Assembly: GCA_964549615.1 (NCBI GenBank)
Contig: CAZJVP010000002.1
Coordinates: forward strand, 1 to 52,546
From: an uncultured Thermococci archaeon
Lineage (GTDB): Archaea > CAYQAE01 > CAYVLA01
DNA: 52,546 bases
Direction of reading: 5' to 3'
This document shows, one piece after another, positions 1 through 9,383 of this stretch (the stretch's first letter is position 1; the number at the start of each line of letters is the position of its first letter). The notes beneath the pieces are model-generated. The model was not told the origin of the DNA and did not search any database. It saw only the letters and a program-made list of their open reading frames with translations. The translations under genes were made by a program, and so were the position numbers.

Positions 1-617
1 AGATAGCTTATGTCCAGCATCAGCGAGTCTGCAACGATAAGGTTAAGCCTGATCCTCACCGGCTTCGACCCGGGGTCCGGGAAGTTGGCAAAGGAGGCTC
101 CCGGAACCTTGTACCACACCAGGCCCCCGTCGGTTGAGTACAGCACCTCAAAGGCCGTCGGGAAGCCGCCCTGAGGCGAGGGATAAAGCGTCAGGGTGCT
201 CAAGGCCCAGTGGCGCCCGAAGTATAGCTTCAGCCACTGTCGTCTCCCCGGGCTGGGGACCGGGGAACTGGACCAGAAGCTTTCCGCATCCCCGTCGATG
301 AGCCGCGAGACCAGGCCGGTTTCCGACGATGCGGTGACGTTCTTGATGGGCAGCCGCGCGACCTCGGGCGAAGAACCCGCGGCCCCGAAAAATCCCAAAC
401 TGATCCCAAGACATGCCAGCGCGACGAATGCTAGGATCTTTAGCTTCAGAAGACGTTTGCCCGCAGTCCCGGAAGGCCTGATGGGAAGGCTCAATTCCAC
501 ACCGTCCCGGAGGCCGCAGTCCCCCTTGGCCAGCTTGCCGACCTTCAGGGCATCCCGACGACCGCGGACGGTGGCGCTTGACGGCCGCCACTGCGGATGC
601 ACGGAATTTGGCACCAT
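1..617 (-). CDS. Secreted/membrane-anchored protein with F5/8 type C (discoidin/CBM32) domain; runs off the window edge
   Basis: Not in the ORF track because it has no stop in the window. Manual translation from ATG 617 gives a hydrophobic segment KILAFVALACLGISLGFF, then NVTASSE..LIDGDAESFWSS..QWLKLYFG..LTLYP..FPTAFEVLYSTDGGLVW, a typical discoidin pattern. True start may be further downstream. Confidence 0.75.
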   Translation of the reverse strand, partial: MVPNSVHPQWRPSSATVRGRRDALKVGKLAKGDCGLRDGVELSLPIRPSGTAGKRLLKLKILAFVALACLGISLGFFGAAGSSPEVARLPIKNVTASSETGLVSRLIDGDAESFWSSSPVPSPGRRQWLKLYFGRHWALSTLTLYPSPQGGFPTAFEVLYSTDGGLVWYKVPGASFANFPDPGSKPVRIRLNLIVADSLMLDISY

Positions 618-763
618 GGCCGCGCCGCTCTTCCCATTTTTGGCGGGCTTCCAGTTAAGGTTTTCCAAACAGTTTCAAGTCCCCACGGGCATGCTACTGA
701 CAGTCAAGCAACACCACGTAGCCCCCGGCCATCGTATCCGTCCATCTCTGTCTATCCAGCTCC

Positions 764-2479
764 TCACCCAAGTTTGAATCTCCAAGCCAGGAGGACGACC
801 AAAACGGCGAACCCACAGAGAAACGGTTCCGGCATCGCCTGGGCCCACTCCTTCATGCCCGCCAGCAGGTACAGGCGCCCCTCCTCCACCTGGCCTTCGA
901 GGATGATCCTCCTTGCGGTGAGGAGCCTGCCTAGGACAGAAATCGGAATTGCCGACTGTCTCGGCGAGGAAGCTGCCTGATCCAGAAGTGGCGAGATCTG
1001 GCAGAGACTCTTGTCAAAGGCCTGATCAATTGCGTTTCGGAGGATCTGCCTTGCCTGCCCGAGATTGCCCGAGTCGAAGTTGTTCTTGGCTCTCTGGAGC
1101 GCATCCTGTTCGTCCACCATGGTTCGAAAGCCAAGGGCGGCGTACGCTGAGATTATGTCCTCAAGCTCGCGGATCATGCTCCGTACCTCGGTTCTCTCAA
1201 GGTCGTTTGCAGACAGCCCGTAGAGGAAACAGGGGAGGTCGGACGTGCTGATCCGCCCACTCGTTACCGTCTTCGGCGTCAGATTCTCGCCCACATACGT
1301 CAGGTATGGGGATTCGGCGATCACCTCTATCGACGGAACGACGGTAGAGAGGTGTTCAGGTTGAAGGAGCAGCGTTACCCCAGAGGGGCCCTGCCAAGGT
1401 CTAGCGTGGATGTTGGGATAGATGGTGAAGGCGGGAAGTGGATGGGCTGTGGATGAGTTGAAGAAGAAGTACATATCGAAAAGTTGGTAGGCGAGGCTGT
1501 AGGTCTTCTCATCCGCTAGCCTGTACTGGTCGCCGTCGTGCTGGTATATCCAAAAAGCGCCGTTGTGCCGGATCGCCCTTTCCATATCGATGATCATCCT
1601 CCAAGGGCTGAGCGCGACCGTGTAAAGACCCGGCAGGATCTTCCCGTACAGCCGTCTTTGCTCGAACTGGTCTTGGTAAAAAGAGATCCTCGCCTCGTCG
1701 TATCCGCCGTAGGTGTCCTCTGTCCATGCCGTCACCGGGGCCGTCGAAGAGTTGAATCCGGCAAGGATAGTCCAGACGAACCAGCTGTCGCCAAACCCGA
1801 GGATGCCTAGGGAAAGATTCTGATTGATCGCGTGCACCTTTCTCTCGGTCTCCCTTGCCATCCGGTACACCTTCTCCCTCTGCCACTCCTGGAAACGCGT
1901 GAGCAACCCCTGATCCCTAAGGTAGGGATACCTCTCGGACGCAGGGAGATTCGGGATAGGGATTGCCGTCTCGTTCGAAAACATCTCCATTGCCTCTTCG
2001 TCAAAGGAGTAGTCGTTGTAGCGGAAGTTGTCGGCCAGGTAATGCTCGAAGTCCCAGACGACTCCCCAGATCGGATAATACAGGGACAGATTCGCAATGG
2101 CCACTGCCGGCTCTTCTATCAGCTTCTTCCAGTACGCGGCATCGACCCTCGACGGCGTCCAGGTCTCGGTTTTTCCATTTTGGCTAACAGCACGAACATA
2201 ATCGAAATCCGGAGTATCGCCCAGGTAGTACAGGCCTGCAACGTAGGTTATGTTGTACGTGCTCGCAGCAAGGCTGTTTCGGGCGAACTTGGCAAGAATC
2301 TCATCGGCTCCGAAGGTCCACCACGAGTTGTCGTAATCGGCGTCGAGGCCCACCTTGGCGTCCTGAGAGTAGTTCCAAGGCCCGTATATCGCCCTCGAAA
2401 AGGGAAGAACGTCGTCGCAGAGCGCCGAGCCCGCAAGGAACCATACCAGGATCAATGAAAACGACAATGCTCGCAGCAA
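764..2479 (-). CDS. Secreted putative glycoside hydrolase-like protein with C-terminal PEP-CTERM-like anchor
   Basis: 571-aa ORF; N-terminal signal peptide; aromatic-rich core with VVWDFEHY; ends MPEP + hydrophobic helix + basic residues (MPEPFLCGFAVLVVLLAWRFKLG). Confidence 0.6.
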   Translation of the reverse strand: MLRALSFSLILVWFLAGSALCDDVLPFSRAIYGPWNYSQDAKVGLDADYDNSWWTFGADEILAKFARNSLAASTYNITYVAGLYYLGDTPDFDYVRAVSQNGKTETWTPSRVDAAYWKKLIEEPAVAIANLSLYYPIWGVVWDFEHYLADNFRYNDYSFDEEAMEMFSNETAIPIPNLPASERYPYLRDQGLLTRFQEWQREKVYRMARETERKVHAINQNLSLGILGFGDSWFVWTILAGFNSSTAPVTAWTEDTYGGYDEARISFYQDQFEQRRLYGKILPGLYTVALSPWRMIIDMERAIRHNGAFWIYQHDGDQYRLADEKTYSLAYQLFDMYFFFNSSTAHPLPAFTIYPNIHARPWQGPSGVTLLLQPEHLSTVVPSIEVIAESPYLTYVGENLTPKTVTSGRISTSDLPCFLYGLSANDLERTEVRSMIRELEDIISAYAALGFRTMVDEQDALQRAKNNFDSGNLGQARQILRNAIDQAFDKSLCQISPLLDQAASSPRQSAIPISVLGRLLTARRIILEGQVEEGRLYLLAGMKEWAQAMPEPFLCGFAVLVVLLAWRFKLG

Positions 2480-2820
2480 TACGGCGCAGGGCGGACCCAG
2501 TTTTTCTTAAGTGTTGTCCGTTCCACATGCCAATCCGAGGAGTGATGGGGTCTGAAGCTCCAAGAGACATTCCCTCGCAGTCCCGGAAAGCTTGTCCATC
2601 ACCGTCGACCGATCCGAAAACCCAGGAATAACGCCGTCTCCGGCCTCGGCCACCCTCGGGAGATTCACCCGGCCAAACGCAGGACCGGAGCGGTGATGTT
2701 GAAGACGTCGAACCGAAACATTTCCGCGCCGGTGACGTACACCGACCGAGCAGCCCGGCCCTCGCCTCGGCGCGGCATTTTTCACCGCCATGCACAATTT
2801 CTTCGCCGTAGAGGATCATC

Positions 2821-4047
2821 ATGACGGCATGCAGGGAGGGCTGGGTTGCAGCGGTGCTCTTGGCAACCATCCTGGCACTCCCGTTGGCCAAGTGTGGGGG
2901 AAGCGCCGGGCCTAGGGTCGGCCCGCTCGGACGCATAAGGGTCCTTTATATAGGCGACGGATGGGGCCCCTCGCCGGTCGCCCACTTCCTGACGGATCCA
3001 AGCTTCAGGGTCGTCTCGGTACCGGCGAGCGAGAAGCACGTGGGGCACGGCGTACAGGCCATCAGCAGGGCCGAGATGTTGAGGTTCGTGAGGATCTACA
3101 TGCCCAGGACCTACGCCGCCCTGACGGGCGAATACGACTACATCGCCATCAGCGATGCCAACCGCGGCTTCTTCGGACAGGAACTCGCATGGATGAGGAG
3201 GTCGGTGGAGGAGGTGGGCCTCGGCATAATCATGGTAGGAGGACATGAATCCTTCGGGGGATGGGCCGGCGCACCCTCCTGGGCGGACACTGACGTGGCC
3301 GAGATCCTCCCCGTCACGATGAACGAGCCCAAGTACCACAGCTACGTCTACAAGGTGCGGCCCGCTCTCGATCATCCTTTCACCCGATCGCTTCCGTGGC
3401 AGACCATCCCCACGTTCCGCGATGGGAACCACGTCGCCCTCAAGGACGGAGCCACGCTTCTGCTGACGACCGATGTCCATCCTTACCCGCCCCTATCCTG
3501 CTGGAGGGTGGGAAGGGGGATGGGAATCGCCCACAGTATGGACTGGACCCCGGGGGGCGGAGAGCTTGTCATGCGCTGGGAGTACTATCCCGACTACGTC
3601 GCGAACATCGCCCTCCTCGCGGTGGGGCGCGAGATACCCGATGACCCGCAGCTAGTCCATAGGATCAGGTCACGCTTCTTCGATCTGGGAACCTCCCTTA
3701 GGCTCATGTTGGACATAGTGGCCTTCGCCGAGAAGTTCGGTGCCAACACGGCCTCGCTCGAGGTGGAAATAGCCCAGGTTCACGGACTGAGGCAAAGGGC
3801 CGAGCAGCTCTACGTGGAGCACAGCTACGAGGAATCCGAATTCACCATGGACCGGATCGATCAGAAACTCCTCGACCTGCAGAACAAGGCTCTGCAGCTG
3901 AAGGACCAGGCCCTGTTCTGGGTCTACCTAATCGAGTGGCTGTCCGTGACCGGGGTGAGCGCGCTCTCCTTCCTCGCCCTGTGGACGGTGATGATCAGAA
4001 GGTGGCTGTACAGGGAAGTTGCGACCACCAGGGGCCAGGCAAGATAG
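2821..4047 (+). CDS. Secreted class-I glutamine amidotransferase-like (DUF1355-like) protein with C-terminal TM anchor (paralogue 1)
   Basis: 408 aa; signal peptide; RIRVLYIGD, YDYIAISD, GIIMVGGHESFGG, EILPV, PLL-like/GRG elements; C-terminal WVYLIEW..LWTVMIRRWLYREV. Confidence 0.7.
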   Translation: MTACREGWVAAVLLATILALPLAKCGGSAGPRVGPLGRIRVLYIGDGWGPSPVAHFLTDPSFRVVSVPASEKHVGHGVQAISRAEMLRFVRIYMPRTYAALTGEYDYIAISDANRGFFGQELAWMRRSVEEVGLGIIMVGGHESFGGWAGAPSWADTDVAEILPVTMNEPKYHSYVYKVRPALDHPFTRSLPWQTIPTFRDGNHVALKDGATLLLTTDVHPYPPLSCWRVGRGMGIAHSMDWTPGGGELVMRWEYYPDYVANIALLAVGREIPDDPQLVHRIRSRFFDLGTSLRLMLDIVAFAEKFGANTASLEVEIAQVHGLRQRAEQLYVEHSYEESEFTMDRIDQKLLDLQNKALQLKDQALFWVYLIEWLSVTGVSALSFLALWTVMIRRWLYREVATTRGQAR

Positions 4048-4149
4048 ATCATCCCCCGCGCTGCTGCCCACTAGGCGGTCCCAAAGCCGCAGGTGGCGCG
4101 GAACCCGTCCGAGTCATCGATCGACGGCGGACACACCGACTGGATGCGC

Positions 4150-4476
4150 GATTGTCCGGGATCTGGCTCCACGGGTGCCGAGTCCGACTTATCGTGCACG
4201 AACCGCTTGTCGACGACCGACGCATCCCGGACGATCACCCTTCACGGCCCATTCATGTCCGCATCTCCTCCTCGCTCCTCCAGTCAGGCGATGATCGCCT
4301 GAGGTCATCGGTCAACCTTTGGGCCTGTCCCACAGACCGGGAGGAGACCCAGCTTCCAAGCATCTCATCCTCCCGCTTCCGTCGGCCACCGCCCTCCCAC
4401 GAACGGGCTCCAGTTCAGGAGGGGAGCCGCCTCATCCCCTCCGTCTCTGGATCAACCTCGCACCCACGACTTCCAT
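4150..4476 (-). pseudogene. Degraded vapBC (RHH antitoxin + PIN toxin) remnant
   Basis: Minus-strand fragments VDPETEGMRRLPLLNWSPFV, DWRSEEEMR and VIVRDASVVDKRFV match, in order, the intact pair at 22225-22889 (VDEKLKRRMDLLADINWSEFI, AWSGAEEIR, IVVDASVVVKWF) but are broken by frameshifts and stops. Left boundary approximate. Confidence 0.6.
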
Positions 4477-4525
4477 GAGACCGTTGGCTCTTCTTGCGCG
4501 TACGAGTACACTACCGCCGGCGCCC

Positions 4526-5011
4526 TCACACATCAAAGCAGTCGATCAGCGTCTTGAGATGGATCATGATCAGGCCCTTCATCTGGTCCCTGATGAGCGT
4601 ACCCTCCTCAGAATCTTCCATCAGCGCCTCCAGGACGTAGCGCAGTATCTCGGGCTGTCCGTAGCTCCTGACCAAGTTGCCCACCGTCTCCAAAAGCTCG
4701 CGGAATCCTCTGCCCCGGCAGCGCTCGACGAATTCGAGGTTCTCCCCCAGGGCCCGCTCCAGCATCTCGTCCGTGACTCGGGGCAGGGGCTTTGAGCCCT
4801 GGCGCATCATCTCGAAAACGACGATCCCCAGATACACCAACAGCTCCCGCTCGTCCTGGTTCAGGACGTCCTCGTCAACCCCCAACAGATAGGCGAGCAC
4901 ATAGGGCTGATCAGCACTGATGCGCCGGCTCACCTGGACGATCTCGCCATGGGTCAGGGAAGCCATCTTCTTCCATGTCCGCTCCACGACGTCCCGTGCT
5001 ATCGCCTTCAT
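4526..5011 (-). CDS. Hypothetical alpha-helical protein
   Basis: 161-aa ORF with protein-like composition; internal QPYVLAY / QPEILRY pseudo-repeat. Confidence 0.65.
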   Translation of the reverse strand: MKAIARDVVERTWKKMASLTHGEIVQVSRRISADQPYVLAYLLGVDEDVLNQDERELLVYLGIVVFEMMRQGSKPLPRVTDEMLERALGENLEFVERCRGRGFRELLETVGNLVRSYGQPEILRYVLEALMEDSEEGTLIRDQMKGLIMIHLKTLIDCFDV

Positions 5012-5191
5012 TGCCGGAGACTATGGATCGTCGGCTGAATAAGATTACGCCTTCGCGCTTCACGGCTTCCGTCCCCCGATCTCATCCCCATGGCCTCGAA
5101 GACCCCGATGCCAGTCGCTGCAGGCTGGGCGGCATGCAGGATCAGCCAATCCATGTAACACTTTTCGGACTCGAATGCCGGGCGGTTTGGG

Positions 5192-5771
5192 ATGAAGTTT
5201 GAGTCCGATGAACAGAGGAAGGCCGTAATGGCCAAGCTTAGCCCCACTAGGAAGTCAAAGATCCTCAGGTTACGCGCCACCCCCTCGCAACAAGACCAAG
5301 AGAATCCCCATCCAGAACCCGCAGGTCTGGCTTGCCCAGGCTGCAGCGCTTCTGAGGGACGCCGAGGACTCCGACAACAGGAGGCACAGTCCGGAGGGCA
5401 TATTCAGGCTGGCGTACCCTTCGGCCGAGATCGCCATCAAGGCGGCACGCGGCGAACACGAGACTGGTTGGAAGGGCCACCTACTGGCCCGTACCTTGGC
5501 CCAGCTTGCGAAGGGGCAGTCCTGCGAGGAATACGCCAAACTGCCCGGGATAGCCGGCAGGACGGAGCAGATAGCGGCCCAGATAACGCCCGAGCTGATC
5601 GGCCTCGCCAGGGTAGTCGAAGCATTCTGGCCGCGATACATGGATGCCGGCCACGGCCCCATCGACGAGGCAGCCAAGGACATGACCCTGCGTTTGGCCA
5701 GAGAACTGCACCGTATCCTGCAACCAGTTGGAGCTGAAACCAGGGCCAGAAGCTTCGAGGGAGGACGGTGA
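5192..5771 (+). CDS. HEPN-domain protein, apparently frameshifted near 5280 or lacking a canonical start
   Basis: The frame of ORF 5496..5771 is open from 5229 and encodes VWLAQAAALLRDAEDS..LAYPSAEIAIKAA..WKGHLLART..FWPRYMD (HEPN pattern). The upstream ATG at 5192 is in another frame. An MNT gene follows directly. Confidence 0.6.
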
Positions 5772-5790
5772 CGGTGGACGGTGATGGCTG

Positions 5791-6195
5791 ATGGCTGAAT
5801 CGGCTACGGCAAGGACACGAGGCGCGTGGCCCCGCCGAGCCGCCAAAGCCAGAAAGGTTTCGGCGGCACTCAAACGGTTTTCGGCGCGGGTTCGGTCAGA
5901 GTACGACGTGAAGCTCCTCATACTCTTCGGATCGTTCGCGGATGGAACCTTCCACATGGATAGCGACGTGGACATCCTCGTCGTCACCTCCGGGATGCCC
6001 GAAAGCTGGGGGGAGAGGAGGGTTGCGCTCGAACAAGATGATTTCCCGGCCCGCCTCCAGACATTTCCCTACACCCCCGAGGAATTCCTCCAGATGTGCA
6101 GAGGGGGCAGCGGCCTAGCCTTCAGCGCCCTCACGGAGGGAAGGGTCCTCTACATCGACGACGAGTACCGAAAGAAGCTCCTCGAAGCTCTCTGA
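5791..6195 (+). CDS. Minimal nucleotidyltransferase (MNT), HEPN-MNT antitoxin-like
   Basis: LFGSFADG..DSDVDILVV (GS + DxD motif); 134 aa; adjacent to HEPN. Confidence 0.85.
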   Translation: MAESATARTRGAWPRRAAKARKVSAALKRFSARVRSEYDVKLLILFGSFADGTFHMDSDVDILVVTSGMPESWGERRVALEQDDFPARLQTFPYTPEEFLQMCRGGSGLAFSALTEGRVLYIDDEYRKKLLEAL

Positions 6196-6383
6196 GCTGC
6201 ACCGATGCGCAGCCCACGTCCACTGCCGGCGGAGAACGGTGGCAGCAAATCGTGCTCACCACCACTTCGCTGCCCCGAGCATAACTGCAACCCCACCCGC
6301 TACTGGTGCTTCGCCATGGCGAATGGCATTGCCGAGATGCAGGCGACCGACAGGATACTGGCACGTTCGCGTGCGCGAGCTGC

Positions 6384-7793
6384 TCAGTAGCGCGTCGCGT
6401 TGTACATCTCCTTCGTCGTCCTTCGCTTCCTGACGACCCTGTTTGTGGCGGGATTGGGGTTGGGCCGATCGTTGGCAATGACGCGAAGCTCCATGCCCGG
6501 TCCTATGTCGGTCAGGACGACGGCCTCCGAGCGTCTGTCGCCCACCAGGTCGAAGACGTAGACCAGATGGCCAGGGATCCTGTCCACCACCCTTCCCCAT
6601 CCGTCGAGCACGACGACCTCTTCAGGATCGTTGACGAAGACCTCGTCCAGCCCGTCGCCGTTCCAGTCGCCAAGCCAGAATCCGAATCCGCCCTCCTGCA
6701 TATCGGGCTGGACGACTTCGAAGCTCCAGAGCAGATTGCCGTCAGCGTCAAGGGCAAGCACCCTGTCCTTGGCGCGCGGGTCTACCCTGCTTGCGCCTTC
6801 GTAGGCCACGACCTGACGGCCGGCCAAATCATCCCTGATCTTCCCCACCCTCAGTGCCTGTCCGTGCCTGAGGCCATCGATGCCCCAGAGAAGATCGCCG
6901 TGGCGCGAGAAACAATACGCGCCCGTGCTCATCAGGATCCTTGGCTCCCCGTCAAGGCTGGCAATGCGGACGCTGTCCGCGTGTCCGTCCCTGAGAAGCG
7001 CCTCTAGGTCGGAGGCAACCCAGGAAAGCGTCCCGTCGTGGTCGATGAGGCAAGAGCCGGCCATCACCTCCTTACGTCCGTCCCCGTCGATATCGGCCAC
7101 GTCGGGCGTATGTCCCATCGTCGTGTGCCTTCGGCCACGGGCATGGGAAAGATCGAGCTTCCAGAGCGTCTCCAGATCCGCGTCCAGGAGGGTCACCGAA
7201 CGGTAGTCCCAGCCGACCAGGACCTCTCGCCTCTTGGCCCGTCCCAAGGCATTTACGACTGAGACGGACGATCTGAAATGTCCGCCCTGCGCATCCTTTG
7301 GCATCGCATCCCGATCGGGGTAGGGAACGTTCTTCTTCGTCTCCCCCGTGAGCGCGTCGATCAGGCAGAGGTGAAGCCGGCCGTCGATCCTGCGGGGCCC
7401 CACCAGCTCCATGCGTCCGTCGCCGTCGAGGTCGTAGATCGGAAAGTTGCTGTCCATCCTTATGTCCATGCAGGTAGACCCGGGATCCTCGTACCTCCAA
7501 AGAACCGAGCCATCGTGCAGATACGCGACCTGGAGATGGGAGCCGCAGGTCAGGATCATGCCGATCCTGCCATCCCCGGTGATGTCAGCGAATCGCCAGT
7601 CGTAGAAGAACTCCATCCACGGGATCCAGCCGTGCCTATCGTAGTCCCACGTTACAGCCCCGTTCATCTCAGGCTCATTCAAGAGCCTCGAGTTAGGGGG
7701 CCGCGATAGCGATGCAAGCCATCTTGCAAAGCGCGGAAGCATGGTGACCCTGGATATGAATGGAATTGGATAGGTCAAAGCGACGCGGGCCAT
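6384..7793 (-). CDS. FG-GAP/VCBS-repeat beta-propeller protein (rhamnogalacturonan lyase PL11-like fold)
   Basis: Repeated DxDGDG motifs (DITGDG, DLDGDG, DIDGDG, DWNGDG), GHADS, HGQA. Start uncertain (7793, 7742 or 7667). Confidence 0.65.
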   Translation of the reverse strand: MARVALTYPIPFISRVTMLPRFARWLASLSRPPNSRLLNEPEMNGAVTWDYDRHGWIPWMEFFYDWRFADITGDGRIGMILTCGSHLQVAYLHDGSVLWRYEDPGSTCMDIRMDSNFPIYDLDGDGRMELVGPRRIDGRLHLCLIDALTGETKKNVPYPDRDAMPKDAQGGHFRSSVSVVNALGRAKRREVLVGWDYRSVTLLDADLETLWKLDLSHARGRRHTTMGHTPDVADIDGDGRKEVMAGSCLIDHDGTLSWVASDLEALLRDGHADSVRIASLDGEPRILMSTGAYCFSRHGDLLWGIDGLRHGQALRVGKIRDDLAGRQVVAYEGASRVDPRAKDRVLALDADGNLLWSFEVVQPDMQEGGFGFWLGDWNGDGLDEVFVNDPEEVVVLDGWGRVVDRIPGHLVYVFDLVGDRRSEAVVLTDIGPGMELRVIANDRPNPNPATNRVVRKRRTTKEMYNATRY

Positions 7794-8020
7794 CTGGAGA
7801 GTCCCGTTCCCTGGTTGGCCGTCTTTCTTATCTTTTAGGAGACAGCGTCTCAAACACTTAAGCATTGCCGCGGAGGAGAGGGACGCCGTTTCCCGCGCTG
7901 CAACGAGCCCAGCAGACCGACTCAGACAAGACAAGGCCCTCGAAGAAGGCGTCCCTTCAAATCGTAGGGCCGGCTCTCAGCTGGGAGAGGCGGACGTGAC
8001 GCAAACCGACCAGTGGCGGC

Positions 8021-8953
8021 TCAAAGCGATCTGTGGGCAAGCGCATGAATCCTATCGGCCAGATCCCGGATCAGTTCCCCCCTTGCCAATCGTGGATCGC
8101 CATTCGCGTGGAATCGCTTGCTCGCCGTAGAAGGCTCCTGCCAACTGCCCGCAGACCGCTCCCGTTGTGTCGGCGTCGTCACCCAAGTCCACTGCCAACA
8201 ACACACCTTCGCGGAACGAACCTCCCCTGTGGAAGGCCCAAAGCGCAGCCTCAAGGGATTCGACGACATAGCAGGTCCCCCGGATGTCCGGCGGATCCTT
8301 ATGTTTGAATGAGCCTGCGGCGACACGGGCAACCCCCGTGGCAAGCGGTGCCTCCCGCCATATCCCTTCTCCCGGCTCATAGTGGTCGGAGAGGAGGTCT
8401 TCCTTCGAAGCCCCCAACAACGCCCCAACTAGAAGCGCGGAGAGGTATCGACAGGCATCCACGGCCTCGGCTGCACCGTGCGTGGTTCGCGAACTCTCTG
8501 CCGCCATCCGGATCGCCAGCCGAGGATCCTGCGCGAAGAACAGCGGCACCGGCGCCAGCCGCATGATGGATCCGTTGCCCGCGCTCCAGGGATCGATGGA
8601 GCCACAGTACGGTTCCCCCGTCCTCTCGAATCGGTCTAGGGCTTCTCTGGTCGTGTTGCCGATGTCGAAGCATTCCGAGGTGCTGCTCATGTAGCCCTCC
8701 CTGTACCACCGAAGGTACCTCTCCATCTGGTCGTGCGGATCAAAGCCGCGGCATTCAACGAGGCTCTCGGCCAGGCAGAGAGCCATCGACGTGTCGTCAG
8801 TCCATTGCCCGGGCAGCAGGCCGAAGGGGCCGCCGCCCACCATGTGCTCGAGAGGGGCGAATGATCCAGGCGACCTGAATTCGAGCGTCTTTCCCAGCGC
8901 ATCCCCAACGCCAGCCCCAAAAGACAGCCACGGTAGCGGTCAAGGGTTTCCAA
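8021..8953 (-). pseudogene. ADP-ribosylglycohydrolase (DraG/ARH family), split over three frames
   Basis: [11 protein letters not shown] (8953 frame); [37 protein letters not shown] (main frame); [14 protein letters not shown] (8021 frame). Two apparent single-base frameshifts near 8908 and 8090. Confidence 0.8.
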
Positions 8954-9026
8954 GCCCGATCACCCACCTTGTCGGGATCGCATCACTCGACGTCACTCCG
9001 GAATTGCAGCGCGTTTGCCGAATAGG

Positions 9027-9269
9027 TCAGACATCATCCTGCATGTCCATGAAGTCGTCGAGCTCGTCGAGATCCTCCACCCTTGGTCTGCAAGGCTTCC
9101 TTGCACTGTCCGTCACCCCTTCACCGCCTGAGGGCATGGGCTTGAGCGCAACGAGCACCAAAAAGCCGAGAATCGCAAGCCCGGCCAGAGCCCAGGGCCA
9201 GCCGCCTCCCCCGATCACCATCATCAGACAGAAAAGCTCCAACAGCACGATCAAAAGCAGGACCATCAT
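9027..9269 (-). CDS. Small membrane protein (2 TM, acidic tail)
   Basis: 80 aa; two hydrophobic segments then EDLDELDDFMDMQDD. Confidence 0.55.
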   Translation of the reverse strand: MMVLLLIVLLELFCLMMVIGGGGWPWALAGLAILGFLVLVALKPMPSGGEGVTDSARKPCRPRVEDLDELDDFMDMQDDV

Positions 9270-9383
9270 CCATCCCCTGAGAACCTCGGTCGTACATCCG
9301 GCCAGACGAAGATCCGACCCTGCACATCTGCCGCAGTTCGATCCGCGACCGCCATTTCCCGCGACGGGAGAAAGTCGTCCGGC

